Shown here piece after piece: positions 1 to 7,725 of a stretch of 64,000 bases of DNA; within the stretch, counting starts at the first letter, position 1, and every line of letters starts with the position of its first letter. The notes beneath the pieces are model-generated. The model saw only the letters and a program-made list of their open reading frames with translations, searched no databases and was not told the origin of the DNA. Where the stretch lies: the sequence record PV261924.1, one strand, 5' to 3'. A program made the position numbers and the translations under genes.

Positions 1-151
1 GTTTGGGGACCTTTGTAGGTTAGACTTGCTGCAATTTCTTTTAAGGGGGGGGGCAAGAAACCATCGATAACCAACCAAACCTTATAACCCGCTTTGCACC
101 GCAACGGCTATAAAACTAAACACAAAAACACTGTGCATTTGCCATACTGTG

Positions 152-194
152 ATTTTAACATATAGGGCCACTGGTTGTCAAGAACTGTGGCCCT
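152..194 (-). promoter_or_regulatory. sigma70-like promoter firing leftward into non-coding sequence
   Basis: TTGACA (176-181), 18 bp, TG-n-TAAAAT (152-157); 8-bp inverted repeat AGGGCCAC/GTGGCCCT (164-171/187-194) brackets the -35. Confidence 0.55.
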
Positions 195-227
195 GCTTCG
201 TTTACACTCAGTCTGGCGACTATATGA

Positions 228-557
228 TCAGAACTGTTGCTCTGTTACGTATTGGCGAACCTCATCAGCCATGTTGTTATCAACTACGAGAAACTTGCGA
301 TCTATGTTGTTATCATCAACTCGCTGGTTGATACCATCCATGGCGCGAACATAGGCACCGAATGTTGACACCACACGTCGCTCAAGCATGTTCAGTTTGG
401 AGGACTGTCCCTGACCTAGCTTAGCGAGTTCAGTGTTATCATACTTGGCACACATTGCGTCAGTGAGAATAAGCCACAGCGGAGTGTCAGTGATAACGTC
501 ATCAATAGCTTGGTATCGGTTGTTGAGTCGTTCGGTGTAGCTGAGAGTGTTAGTCAT
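228..557 (-). CDS. hypothetical protein, 109 aa
   Basis: ORF track; same strand as all neighbours. Confidence 0.7.
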   Translation of the reverse strand: MTNTLSYTERLNNRYQAIDDVITDTPLWLILTDAMCAKYDNTELAKLGQGQSSKLNMLERRVVSTFGAYVRAMDGINQRVDDNNIDRKFLVVDNNMADEVRQYVTEQQF

Positions 558-609
558 TGGTTGAAATAAGGTGGGTTATATAAGGCCTTTATATAGGGCA
601 CTTATGTCA

Positions 610-762
610 TCAGAACTCCAGCGGTTCGAGTGTAGGTTGGGCCTGGGGGATTTGCACCTGTTCGATGTTATCACTGTTCGTAGCGATAGCCTCAAGGATG
701 TTCAGGATTTGAGCACCATTGTTACCCTTACGAAGCAGAGAGATCATCAGATTGCGGGACAT
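610..762 (-). CDS. small cyanophage-type protein, 50 aa (MSRNLMISLLRKGNNGAQILNILEAI...)
   Basis: hand-translated; below track cutoff; resembles small proteins recalled from T4-like cyanophages. Confidence 0.7.
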   Translation of the reverse strand: MSRNLMISLLRKGNNGAQILNILEAIATNSDNIEQVQIPQAQPTLEPLEF

Positions 763-833
763 GTGTTTGTGTAAGTTAGTGTGTGAATTGTGATGAGTTT
801 AATGACATCATCAGGTCAAGCAGTAAGTGTAAC

Positions 834-950
834 TCAGAGCAGCGCTTTGCGTTTGCGATTGATCTGAGAGGGCAGTACAGTAACTGTTACTTTCTTGCCA
901 TTAGCTTTGAGTTCATCAATGGACTTCAGCAGTTGTTGATAGTTGGTCAT
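834..950 (-). CDS. hypothetical peptide, 38 aa (MTNYQQLLKSIDELKANGKK...)
   Basis: hand-translated; ATG lies just downstream of the repeat copy at 975. Confidence 0.6.
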   Translation of the reverse strand: MTNYQQLLKSIDELKANGKKVTVTVLPSQINRKRKALL

Positions 951-1053
951 GATGATTGCCGTGGTTACACTATAGCGGACCTTTGGAGGTGAGTAATTTT
1001 GAAGTCCTCAAAGTGTTACAGATAAGTGATACTGATTTGACAGGATTTGGGGG

Positions 1054-1082
1054 TTGACATTGAGACTTAAGCCTGATAGAAT
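1054..1082 (+). promoter_or_regulatory. sigma70-like promoter on the + strand
   Basis: TTGACA (1054-1059), 17 bp, TAGAAT (1077-1082). Confidence 0.65.
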
Positions 1083-1209
1083 ACGGGGCAAGATGACTAT
1101 AAGATCAGGCCTTTAAGTATCTTCAGAGACCCCAGCTAGTGACTCTGTAACACCTTTCTAGACACTTTTGCAAATCACTTATAAGCATTTAAAAAGCCAT
1201 TTACAACAT

Positions 1210-1245
1210 AAAAAAAGGCAAATAGCAGTATTTATTCACCTTTTT
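1210..1245. terminator. probable bidirectional intrinsic terminator
   Basis: Stem GGCAAATA/TATTCACC (with G-U pairs) flanked by A7 on the left and T5 on the right; directly after the stop of 1252..1518. Confidence 0.55.
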
Positions 1246-1251
1246 GAGACG

Positions 1252-1518
1252 TTATTTTACAGAATGAGACTTTCTTACTCTACGGACTTCATCATCAACT
1301 ACTTCGCCAATTGTAGTGTAAATGTAGTCAGTATTTCCCACCTCACATAGCACTTCATTTGTATCATCTTGATTAAGATAAATTTCATCATTAGATACAT
1401 CATTGAAGTAAAATACATCCTCTTTAGTATAGATGAAGAAAGCACATATAGCATCCTCTCCTTGTTCTTCAATCAGACAATCTACAATAGATTTTAGTTT
1501 AGATAGTGTGTGGTACAT
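1252..1518 (-). CDS. hypothetical acidic protein, 88 aa
   Basis: ORF track. Confidence 0.75.
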   Translation of the reverse strand: MYHTLSKLKSIVDCLIEEQGEDAICAFFIYTKEDVFYFNDVSNDEIYLNQDDTNEVLCEVGNTDYIYTTIGEVVDDEVRRVRKSHSVK

Positions 1519-1521
1519 AAT

Positions 1522-1701
1522 TCAGTGAGTGAAAGGATTAACAGTAGCTCGTGTTACTGGATCACCTAATTGTTCTCTGGTTGGTATATCATCATGAGGA
1601 CGATATGCAGAGATGATAGGTGATAACAAGAGAGCTAATCGTTCATCTAATTGTGTATGTCTGAGGTGATAGATTTGATGGCCTTGCGCAGGGCGGTTCA
1701 T
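1522..1701 (-). CDS. hypothetical protein, 59 aa (MNRPAQGHQIYHLRH...)
   Basis: hand-translated; fills the gap between neighbours. Confidence 0.6.
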   Translation of the reverse strand: MNRPAQGHQIYHLRHTQLDERLALLLSPIISAYRPHDDIPTREQLGDPVTRATVNPFTH

Positions 1702-1731
1702 GATGAATGAAATGAAGAATGATCTGCAGGT

Positions 1732-2046
1732 TCAAACTGTAGTCATCTCCAGATAATCAGCTTCAGTTTGTAACTTCTTACCATTCCAAATATAGATGTC
1801 TGGGTTATCACAAGCACCATAATCTTCAACCTCTCCATCATCATCAAAGGTGACATAATCGCGAACAGAAACTACAACCATTGCGGTCTGATTACCGAGA
1901 TGATTGATACAAGCTTCGAGAGTGTAATCATCAAGATCACCACAAGCTGGAGTCCATTGAATATCAAGATCTTCGTTGCGATCTTCCTCTACAATATAAC
2001 TCTCATCAACAGAAAAGTCAAAGGCTTCAATAGTAGCGAATTCCAT
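1732..2046 (-). CDS. highly acidic hypothetical protein, 104 aa
   Basis: ORF track; directly downstream of repeat copy 2070; 27 D/E versus 4 K/R by hand count. Confidence 0.8.
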   Translation of the reverse strand: MEFATIEAFDFSVDESYIVEEDRNEDLDIQWTPACGDLDDYTLEACINHLGNQTAMVVVSVRDYVTFDDDGEVEDYGACDNPDIYIWNGKKLQTEADYLEMTTV

Positions 2047-2101
2047 GTGATTAGCGTGATTGTACTATAGTGGACGTTTGAAGGTGAGTAACTTTGTAGA
2101 G

Positions 2102-2260
2102 TTAAGATTGGGATACTTTATTGATAACAACTCGATGAGCAGGGTATCTAGCCTCTACTAATTGTCTTATAAAGTCTCTATCAGAACGATCAGATTGAAG
2201 AGAAAACTCATGCCTTCTCCCCTTGTCATCATTCCAATATCCAGTGCAATTGTAAATCAT
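2102..2260 (-). CDS. hypothetical protein, 52 aa (MIYNCTGYWNDDKGRRHEF...EARYP...)
   Basis: hand-translated; start overlaps the stop of the upstream gene. Confidence 0.65.
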   Translation of the reverse strand: MIYNCTGYWNDDKGRRHEFSLQSDRSDRDFIRQLVEARYPAHRVVINKVSQS

Positions 2261-2520
2261 TTGAAGAAATTAAGACGATGTAATTCAGTATAAGCGAAAC
2301 GACGCATATTGTCATCCTCTGTTGTATGATACAAATTAATCATACGCTGACAATAATCAGACCTCTTTGCGATCGGTGTGATACTTTGGCGTGAAGTGTA
2401 GCCAAGGTCATTGTTACCATTGGTGCGAACCTTATTTTTTCCGAAGTTTCCAGATACACGACCAGTTGTTCTCAACTTAGGCTTGATCTTACTGAGGTTA
2501 GAAGTGGCGAAACTTGACAT
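2257..2520 (-). CDS. basic hypothetical protein (likely start MSSFATSNLSK)
   Basis: ORF track 2257..2565; ATG at 2520 preferred because it avoids overlap with the HNH gene. Confidence 0.7.
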   Translation of the reverse strand: MSSFATSNLSKIKPKLRTTGRVSGNFGKNKVRTNGNNDLGYTSRQSITPIAKRSDYCQRMINLYHTTEDDNMRRFAYTELHRLNFFK

Positions 2521-2526
2521 GGTTGA

Positions 2527-2533
2527 ATAAATA
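2527..2533 (+). promoter_or_regulatory. T4-type late promoter for the HNH gene
   Basis: ATAAATA ending about 24 nt upstream of the ATG at 2557. Confidence 0.5.
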
Positions 2534-2556
2534 ATTACAGGTAACTTTGGTGAAGA

Positions 2557-3060
2557 ATGAAACACCTACATCACATCATTCCTCGGTATGAAGGTGGCTC
2601 AGATGAGGCAGATAACCTGGTCGAACTAACACCAACTCAACACAGTATGTGGCACTTTGCTGAATACTTGAGAAAGGGTAATCTCGAAGATTGGTGTGCA
2701 TCACGGATGATACTTGGCGATGTGAATAATCCTGAGTTTAGAAAGAATGCGTCTCAGTTAGGTAATCAAAAGATCAGACACTTACTGGACAATGATAACA
2801 TATACAGGGAGAAAGTGAGTGAGATAGGTAAAAGAAATGGTGTTCTTGGTAATAAGGCTCAGAGAGACAAATTGGCGAAAGAGGGTAGAACAATCGCCGA
2901 ACAATCCTGGATCATTACAACACCGACAGGAGAGGAGTTACAGATAACTAACCTCGCCAAATACTGTCGGGAGAATGATTTACTGAAGCACAAGATGTGT
3001 GAAGTTGCGAAAGGGACATACAAACAACATCGTGGCTATTCAGTGAGAAGATCAGCATGA
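2557..3060 (+). CDS. free-standing HNH homing endonuclease
   Basis: N-terminal HHIIP..GG.D...NLV.L....H...H motif; C-terminal NUMOD/HTH-like DNA-binding tail; opposite strand to neighbours. Confidence 0.85.
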   Translation: MKHLHHIIPRYEGGSDEADNLVELTPTQHSMWHFAEYLRKGNLEDWCASRMILGDVNNPEFRKNASQLGNQKIRHLLDNDNIYREKVSEIGKRNGVLGNKAQRDKLAKEGRTIAEQSWIITTPTGEELQITNLAKYCRENDLLKHKMCEVAKGTYKQHRGYSVRRSA

Positions 3061-3188
3061 ACTTCAGAGTTGTCATCAATTACAGTTACAATTTGTCCGT
3101 CTTGAGTTAGAATTTCATACTGAGTTTGAAATGATGAAATATCAGCCTTTCCAACAATAATAGCAGTGGTGAGGATAAATTCAATCAT
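3036..3188 (-). CDS. hypothetical protein, 50 aa (MIEFILTTAIIVGKADI...)
   Basis: hand-translated; overlaps the HNH 3' end convergently by 25 nt. Confidence 0.55.
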   Translation of the reverse strand: MIEFILTTAIIVGKADISSFQTQYEILTQDGQIVTVIDDNSEVHADLLTE

Positions 3189-3248
3189 CAGTTAAACCTT
3201 TATACAAAAAGAGTAATAAAAAAATGAGAAGAATAAAACCTATGGAGA

Positions 3249-3500
3249 TCATAACTCCCATAGCATTTCATTCATCTCATTCACATCAATGTTAGGATCA
3301 TCCCAACGAACACCATCACCAGTGGTGAAGTCTCCGATGTTGTTCATACAAAGAATGAAGCGATCCCATACACTTTCCAAACCCTCACGGTAAGTTACAC
3401 ATGCCTTGGCAGTGTTGTAGAGAAACTCATCATTGCCGATCCAAAGAGCAGCGTTCCAAGTTTCATAGTTAGACCAACCGTTGTAGGTAGAATTAGACAT
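3249..3500 (-). CDS. small phage protein (TYNGWSNYETWNAALWIGND)
   Basis: ORF track; the YNGW.NYETW motif is recalled from many phage small proteins. Confidence 0.8.
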   Translation of the reverse strand: MSNSTYNGWSNYETWNAALWIGNDEFLYNTAKACVTYREGLESVWDRFILCMNNIGDFTTGDGVRWDDPNIDVNEMNEMLWEL

Positions 3501-3638
3501 AGTAGAAAAAGAAATAAAGGTGGTGATTAAGTGTGGTTCAGAGAAACAAGTCAGAGAAGCAATCTAGAAGAAAGAAGTCTGAGCGAGAAGTCTGAACCCT
3601 TACACCTATGTGGACATTTCGAGGTGAGTAATTCTGTG

Positions 3639-3848
3639 TCAGACCAATTCATACTCGATTGATTTCACACAATAACCTACATCATCAGAAATAAGACTCA
3701 TTAAATGCTCCTCATCTTTGGCATCCCATAAAAAATCTAATGTATCTTCAATGATGCATTCTTGAGTAAATTCGTCTGGAATAGCACAATACGTATCATC
3801 CCAATCAAACTCAATTTCAGTCACTTGATAGAACTTTTTCATTGACAA
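3639..3848 (-). CDS. acidic hypothetical protein, about 69 aa
   Basis: ORF track; stop lies 5 nt before repeat copy 3610. Confidence 0.75.
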   Translation of the reverse strand: MSMKKFYQVTEIEFDWDDTYCAIPDEFTQECIIEDTLDFLWDAKDEEHLMSLISDDVGYCVKSIEYELV

Positions 3849-3982
3849 TCAGGATGAGGTTGAGGTAATGTGGCACATGCATTTTCATGTGCATTGTTGA
3901 TAGATTGTGTGTCCCTTATCGCTAATAACACATTGATAAAAACAACAGCAATAAAGGGAAAAATAAAGAGATGAAGTTTCAT
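3839..3982 (-). CDS. small membrane peptide, 47 aa (MKLHLFIFPFIAVVFINVLLAIRD...CATLPQPHPDCQ)
   Basis: hand-translated; N-terminal TM segment and a C-terminal Cys pair; translationally coupled to neighbours. Confidence 0.65.
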   Translation of the reverse strand: MKLHLFIFPFIAVVFINVLLAIRDTQSINNAHENACATLPQPHPDCQ

Positions 3983-4140
3983 CACATGCCATTCATAAAG
4001 TCATGAATTGCCTCAAGGTATTCTTCCTTTGTTTCAAAGGTTTTGCCGTAGATAGTCTTTGGAAATTCGCCAAGTTTGGCGGGTTGATTGACAGGATCTT
4101 TGCCCTGTGACTTGATTTGATCAGTGTAAGTGTTTCTCAT
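3982..4140 (-). CDS. small cyanophage-type protein, 52 aa (MRNTYTDQ...IYGKTFETKEEYLEAIHDFMNGM)
   Basis: hand-translated. Confidence 0.65.
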   Translation of the reverse strand: MRNTYTDQIKSQGKDPVNQPAKLGEFPKTIYGKTFETKEEYLEAIHDFMNGM

Positions 4141-4175
4141 ACTATAGTGGACCTTTCGAGGTGAGTAATTCTGTG

Positions 4176-4376
4176 TCAGTCTAATCTCTTGAAATGAACT
4201 GAATTAAACTGACCTGATTTGTTCTCTAATGTAATCTTAGTGTACCATGGTTGAATGTCAACACTCTCGACAACATAGCGATGACCAACTATCAAATGAG
4301 ATGGATAATCACTCGATGCCCATAACAACTGTTCATGAGTTGCTCCCTTAAATTCTACTATATCACCTGACTGCAT
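4176..4376 (-). CDS. hypothetical protein, 66 aa
   Basis: ORF track. Confidence 0.75.
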   Translation of the reverse strand: MQSGDIVEFKGATHEQLLWASSDYPSHLIVGHRYVVESVDIQPWYTKITLENKSGQFNSVHFKRLD

Positions 4377-4572
4377 TTATCATATCCTCCCACACTTCTT
4401 CACCCATCATATCACTAATCTCCTCTTGCAAGTCAGTTTCATCATAATCTTTCATATTTGCTTCTATTTGTTCTGCTGCCCACTGACATAGAGTCTTGAG
4501 ATCCATACCATCAACGATTAGCCAGGCATAGTCATTCTTTAGGTTATCAAGTTGTTCAGGTGTGAGTGTCAT
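4363..4572 (-). CDS. acidic hypothetical protein (likely start MTLTPEQL)
   Basis: ORF track 4363..4626; start is uncertain (4572 or 4602) because a terminator lies at 4603-4624. Confidence 0.7.
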   Translation of the reverse strand: MTLTPEQLDNLKNDYAWLIVDGMDLKTLCQWAAEQIEANMKDYDETDLQEEISDMMGEEVWEDMINAVR

Positions 4573-4602
4573 TGGATCAGTGTAATGTGCGACAAAAGAC
4601 AT

Positions 4603-4624
4603 AAAAAAAGAGGGTAAAACCCTC
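4603..4624 (-). terminator. intrinsic terminator
   Basis: GAGGG-TTTTA-CCCTC followed by a T tract. Confidence 0.55.
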
Positions 4625-4967
4625 AAGCAAAGACATAACCAGAGACAAAATCTTCGACGTTGTAGACTTTACCAGTCACAGAAGATTCACCAATGAACTT
4701 GCGAACATACCAGAGAAAGTCTTTCTGGAAAACACCTTCACCAGCGATACAATACTCTTCGCAAAGTGCATTGAGTCGTGATTTAGTGGTGTTAGATTGC
4801 CAACCACCGTCAAAGATAGTCAGGCTAGTGTCATCAACCAGAGCAATTTTATTGCCGTGGAGATAAACAGTGGAAACACCCATGTTGGTGACAACTTCAG
4901 TGTTTCCAGATTTCCAGTTCTTGTTACCATTGATGGCTTCAATCATCTGGGATTCAATCTTACGCAT
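4623..4967 (-). CDS. cyanophage-type hypothetical protein, 114 aa (MRKIESQM...VYLHGNKIA)
   Basis: ORF track; directly downstream of repeat copy 4993. Confidence 0.8.
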   Translation of the reverse strand: MRKIESQMIEAINGNKNWKSGNTEVVTNMGVSTVYLHGNKIALVDDTSLTIFDGGWQSNTTKSRLNALCEEYCIAGEGVFQKDFLWYVRKFIGESSVTGKVYNVEDFVSGYVFA

Positions 4968-5019
4968 GTGGTTAAGTGGTTCCTACACTATAGTGGACAT
5001 TTGGAGGTGAGTAATTCTG

Positions 5020-5637
5020 TCACTCGACAATCTGTTCAACTTGAGTATTGTCACCACCAAAGTTAGTGACTTCATGCAACTTACTTCCAGCAACGGTACC
5101 ACCAACCATCAAAGAAATTGTGGAGATAAGTACAACCCAGAAACGAAGGTGAAAGTTTTTCTCTTGAGTAAACTTAGACCCATATTTGTAACCAACAAAG
5201 GCACCACCAAACATACCAACAAGAGGTGCCAATGCGTAGGCGATATATCCACCAATACCAATGGCAGCAAGAATCAACAATCCACCAATATCAGCACCAG
5301 AAAGTGAAGAACCCTCACCACTGTTAGTGTTGTTGTAACTGACACTATGTGTGCCACTAGATGTTACACCACCACTGAATGAATTGTTGATAGATTGTTG
5401 AGTTTGTTCGGCAGCACTTGTTCTATTTGCTCTTGTTTCTTCACGTTTTTGTTTCTCTTTCTCTCCCCATATCTGAGAGTCAATACATTTAACACCAGAA
5501 ATCTTGGCGCCAGGATAACGAGCTTCAAATATTTCCTTGGCACCAGCTGCGGTGTTTGGCCCTTCACAAGTGACATAATGTCCTGAATATCCATTCACAG
5601 AGTGAATACGACCTTGCCAAGTGTGAACGTTAGCCAT
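5020..5637 (-). CDS. membrane protein, 205 aa, with C-terminal hydrophobic helices
   Basis: ORF track; hydrophobic segments GGLLILAAIGIGGYIAYALAPLVGMFGGAFVG and FWVVLISTISLMVGGTVAG; flanked by repeat copies 4993 and 5667. Confidence 0.8.
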   Translation of the reverse strand: MANVHTWQGRIHSVNGYSGHYVTCEGPNTAAGAKEIFEARYPGAKISGVKCIDSQIWGEKEKQKREETRANRTSAAEQTQQSINNSFSGGVTSSGTHSVSYNNTNSGEGSSLSGADIGGLLILAAIGIGGYIAYALAPLVGMFGGAFVGYKYGSKFTQEKNFHLRFWVVLISTISLMVGGTVAGSKLHEVTNFGGDNTQVEQIVE

Positions 5638-5706
5638 GATAAAAGAATTGCGTTGGTTGTACTATAGTGGACTTTTGAAGGTGAGTAATTCTAAAGAGTG
5701 ACAAGT

Positions 5707-5807
5707 GGCCTTACATTGTATCAAGGTAACCACACCAAAACATGATACAAATGCCACACATTATGGGCCTTACATGAGTGTTGTAACCACCACAGAAATT
5801 ACACTCA
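5707..5807 (-). repeat. two tandem stem-loop units, each followed by TGTAAGGCC
   Basis: Stems 5716-5723/5743-5750 and 5775-5781/5801-5807; GGCCTTACA at 5707 and 5766; GTAACCAC at 5726 and 5783. Confidence 0.55.
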
Positions 5808-5818
5808 ATGCCCATCAA

Positions 5819-6001
5819 TCAAAAAGGATTAGTCCATTTGTGGTGTTGTTGTTTCGTAATTCTACCGTCATCAAGTAAACTATCAACCACATTTAGGAAG
5901 ACAGCCCACTTCATGTCACGAGTGAAAGTAATACCTTCCTCTTTGCAATGAGTGTTCACAGTATTACGAACAACGCGTTGAACTTCAGTTTTTGTCATCA
6001 T
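5819..6001 (-). CDS. hypothetical protein, 60 aa
   Basis: ORF track. Confidence 0.75.
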   Translation of the reverse strand: MMTKTEVQRVVRNTVNTHCKEEGITFTRDMKWAVFLNVVDSLLDDGRITKQQHHKWTNPF

Positions 6002-6055
6002 TTTTGTCCTTGTTTGGTTTAGTTGGTTTCGTCCAATAATCGCGGTAAATTGACA

Positions 6056-6208
6056 TCAATTAGTGGGAAAGTTACGACAGACGGCATCACAAAGCATACG
6101 AATTACATTATCTTTATACTCAACTTCACCAAAGTTAGATTCAATAATACAATCAATGTCCTCCATGAGTTGTTCACGAGCGGTCAACATTTCGAGTTGG
6201 TCCATCAT
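6056..6208 (-). CDS. small cyanophage-type protein, 50 aa (MMDQLEMLTAREQLMEDIDCII...)
   Basis: hand-translated; coupled start/stop with the upstream gene. Confidence 0.7.
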   Translation of the reverse strand: MMDQLEMLTAREQLMEDIDCIIESNFGEVEYKDNVIRMLCDAVCRNFPTN

Positions 6209-6363
6209 TTAGAAAGAAGAAAACGACGTGCTTCGTAGGCTTGAAATTGTGAATTGAATGTGGCAATCTTGGTCATATCTTCACGCCAATATAATGCCCA
6301 TTTGTGTGACCCTATCACACCTTTAGCGATGATAGGGTTATCAATACCAAGTGGATAAGTCAT
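6205..6363 (-). CDS. small cyanophage-type protein, 52 aa (MTYPLGIDNPII...HKWALYW)
   Basis: hand-translated; ATGA overlap with the upstream gene. Confidence 0.7.
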   Translation of the reverse strand: MTYPLGIDNPIIAKGVIGSHKWALYWREDMTKIATFNSQFQAYEARRFLLSK

Positions 6364-6521
6364 TCTTCAATAACAGATTGGATTACAAATTGTGGTTGAT
6401 TTCGATTACAAGTTGCAATTGCTTCCTCTTTACTAGAAGCAATGTAACCTAGACAATCTCTCATTGTCCAACCATTAGCACGATGATGTTCACCGTAGAT
6501 CAGAAACTTAGATTCTTTCAT
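6360..6521 (-). CDS. hypothetical protein (likely start MKESKF)
   Basis: ORF track 6360..6563; ATG at 6521 avoids overlap with the upstream gene. Confidence 0.7.
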   Translation of the reverse strand: MKESKFLIYGEHHRANGWTMRDCLGYIASSKEEAIATCNRNQPQFVIQSVIEE

Positions 6522-6525
6522 GTTA

Positions 6526-6753
6526 TCAACCTCCGTAGACTTCTTCAGCCATAGGTGTATCACTCATGCGATCGAGGTGATCCCAAAGTGTGTTTTTTTC
6601 ACCAAACATTTCTTGGAAGAGATCAAGATCTTGACGATCATATTGATCTTTAACAATCCAAATCTCTTGTTCAATCCATGCAAGTTCTGCACGAGCTTTA
6701 TCTAGTTTCTTACGAAGTTCGTAAAGCTTTTGGTTTCTTTCTGTGAGTGTCAT
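6526..6753 (-). CDS. coiled-coil hypothetical protein, 75 aa
   Basis: ORF track; downstream of repeat copy 6777. Confidence 0.75.
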   Translation of the reverse strand: MTLTERNQKLYELRKKLDKARAELAWIEQEIWIVKDQYDRQDLDLFQEMFGEKNTLWDHLDRMSDTPMAEEVYGG

Positions 6754-6803
6754 AATGATTCAGTGGTTACACTATAGTGGACATTTCGAGGTGAGTAATT
6801 CTG

Positions 6804-7394
6804 TCAGCCCAACAATACCTGAGGAAAGTATGGAGTCAGGTCAGAATCTACAATCTTATGTTCACAACTCACAAATTTCTTTCGTGATACATTCTTGACA
6901 TAGATCAGGTGGTTAATGTCAATATCTTTGTAATCTTGTGGTCCACGTTTACGAATAAGACCAAAGGCTTCGTTCTCTTCGCGAGTGGAAACAACGACCT
7001 TTGAAAGTTTATCAATGTCTGTCAAAAAGTGAGTGATAAGATCATAAGAACGATCTTCCACAAACTTATCATAATGATATGCAAATATAAACTTTGAACC
7101 ACTACGAACTCCGCCGAAGTGTTCTTTAGTCAAACTGTGTCCGCCTTTGACTTTCATATCAATTACACTGGACAAAGTTTTGTCAGGATATTCACTCCAC
7201 TTGACAAATGCTTGTGGTGTCAACAATGCACCAGTGTCATCGATTTTATGAGAACCAGCCCAACAAATACCACCAGAAAGATCCTCTACAACCTTGAACA
7301 TGGTCTCACGGGTGTAGATATTGACCTGCTCATCTGTCAAGGACATAATCAGTTTGAGCTGATTAGTTAGGAATCTTTTAGTGGTGGCAGTCAT
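6804..7394 (-). CDS. hypothetical protein, 196 aa
   Basis: ORF track; single gene between repeat copies 6777 and 7416. Confidence 0.8.
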   Translation of the reverse strand: MTATTKRFLTNQLKLIMSLTDEQVNIYTRETMFKVVEDLSGGICWAGSHKIDDTGALLTPQAFVKWSEYPDKTLSSVIDMKVKGGHSLTKEHFGGVRSGSKFIFAYHYDKFVEDRSYDLITHFLTDIDKLSKVVVSTREENEAFGLIRKRGPQDYKDIDINHLIYVKNVSRKKFVSCEHKIVDSDLTPYFPQVLLG

Positions 7395-7439
7395 CGGTTT
7401 AATGTGGTTACTTAAGTGGACATTTAGAGGTGAGTAATT

Positions 7440-7643
7440 CTATTTGAGCTCAATTCGGTCAATCAAGACCATACCAAGGTCAAAATATAGATCATCATCA
7501 ATGTCACCAAGTTTTTCACGGAGAGCATCACCAACCATGTCGGTCATCATCTCCATATAACGCTCATCTTCATAGATTTGATTGATAATATCCTCCTTCA
7601 ATGCGTCGGCGAGTTTGGATACACATTTTGCAGAAAGTGCCAT
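7440..7643 (-). CDS. acidic hypothetical protein (likely start MALSAKCV)
   Basis: ORF track 7440..7691; stop directly abuts repeat copy 7416. Confidence 0.7.
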   Translation of the reverse strand: MALSAKCVSKLADALKEDIINQIYEDERYMEMMTDMVGDALREKLGDIDDDLYFDLGMVLIDRIELK

Positions 7644-7644
7644 G

Positions 7645-7725
7645 TCAGTTGTTAGTGAGAATGTTGATGATTGTGATGAATAATGCACCACACATAACGT
7701 AGTAGATGAAACGAAAAATAACCAT
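7645..7725 (-). CDS. 26-aa hydrophobic micropeptide (MVIFRFIYYVMCGALFITIINILTNN)
   Basis: hand-translated; exactly fills the gap with coupled start/stop. Confidence 0.45.
   Translation of the reverse strand: MVIFRFIYYVMCGALFITIINILTNN

Noticed and set aside
2557-3060. HNH gene as part of a group I intron
   Set aside because: The flanking genes are intact and separate; no split host gene or P-element structure was recognised
5711-5815. 34-aa Cys-rich ORF as a confident CDS
   Set aside because: Could be a by-product of the tandem hairpin sequence; mentioned only as an alternative explanation
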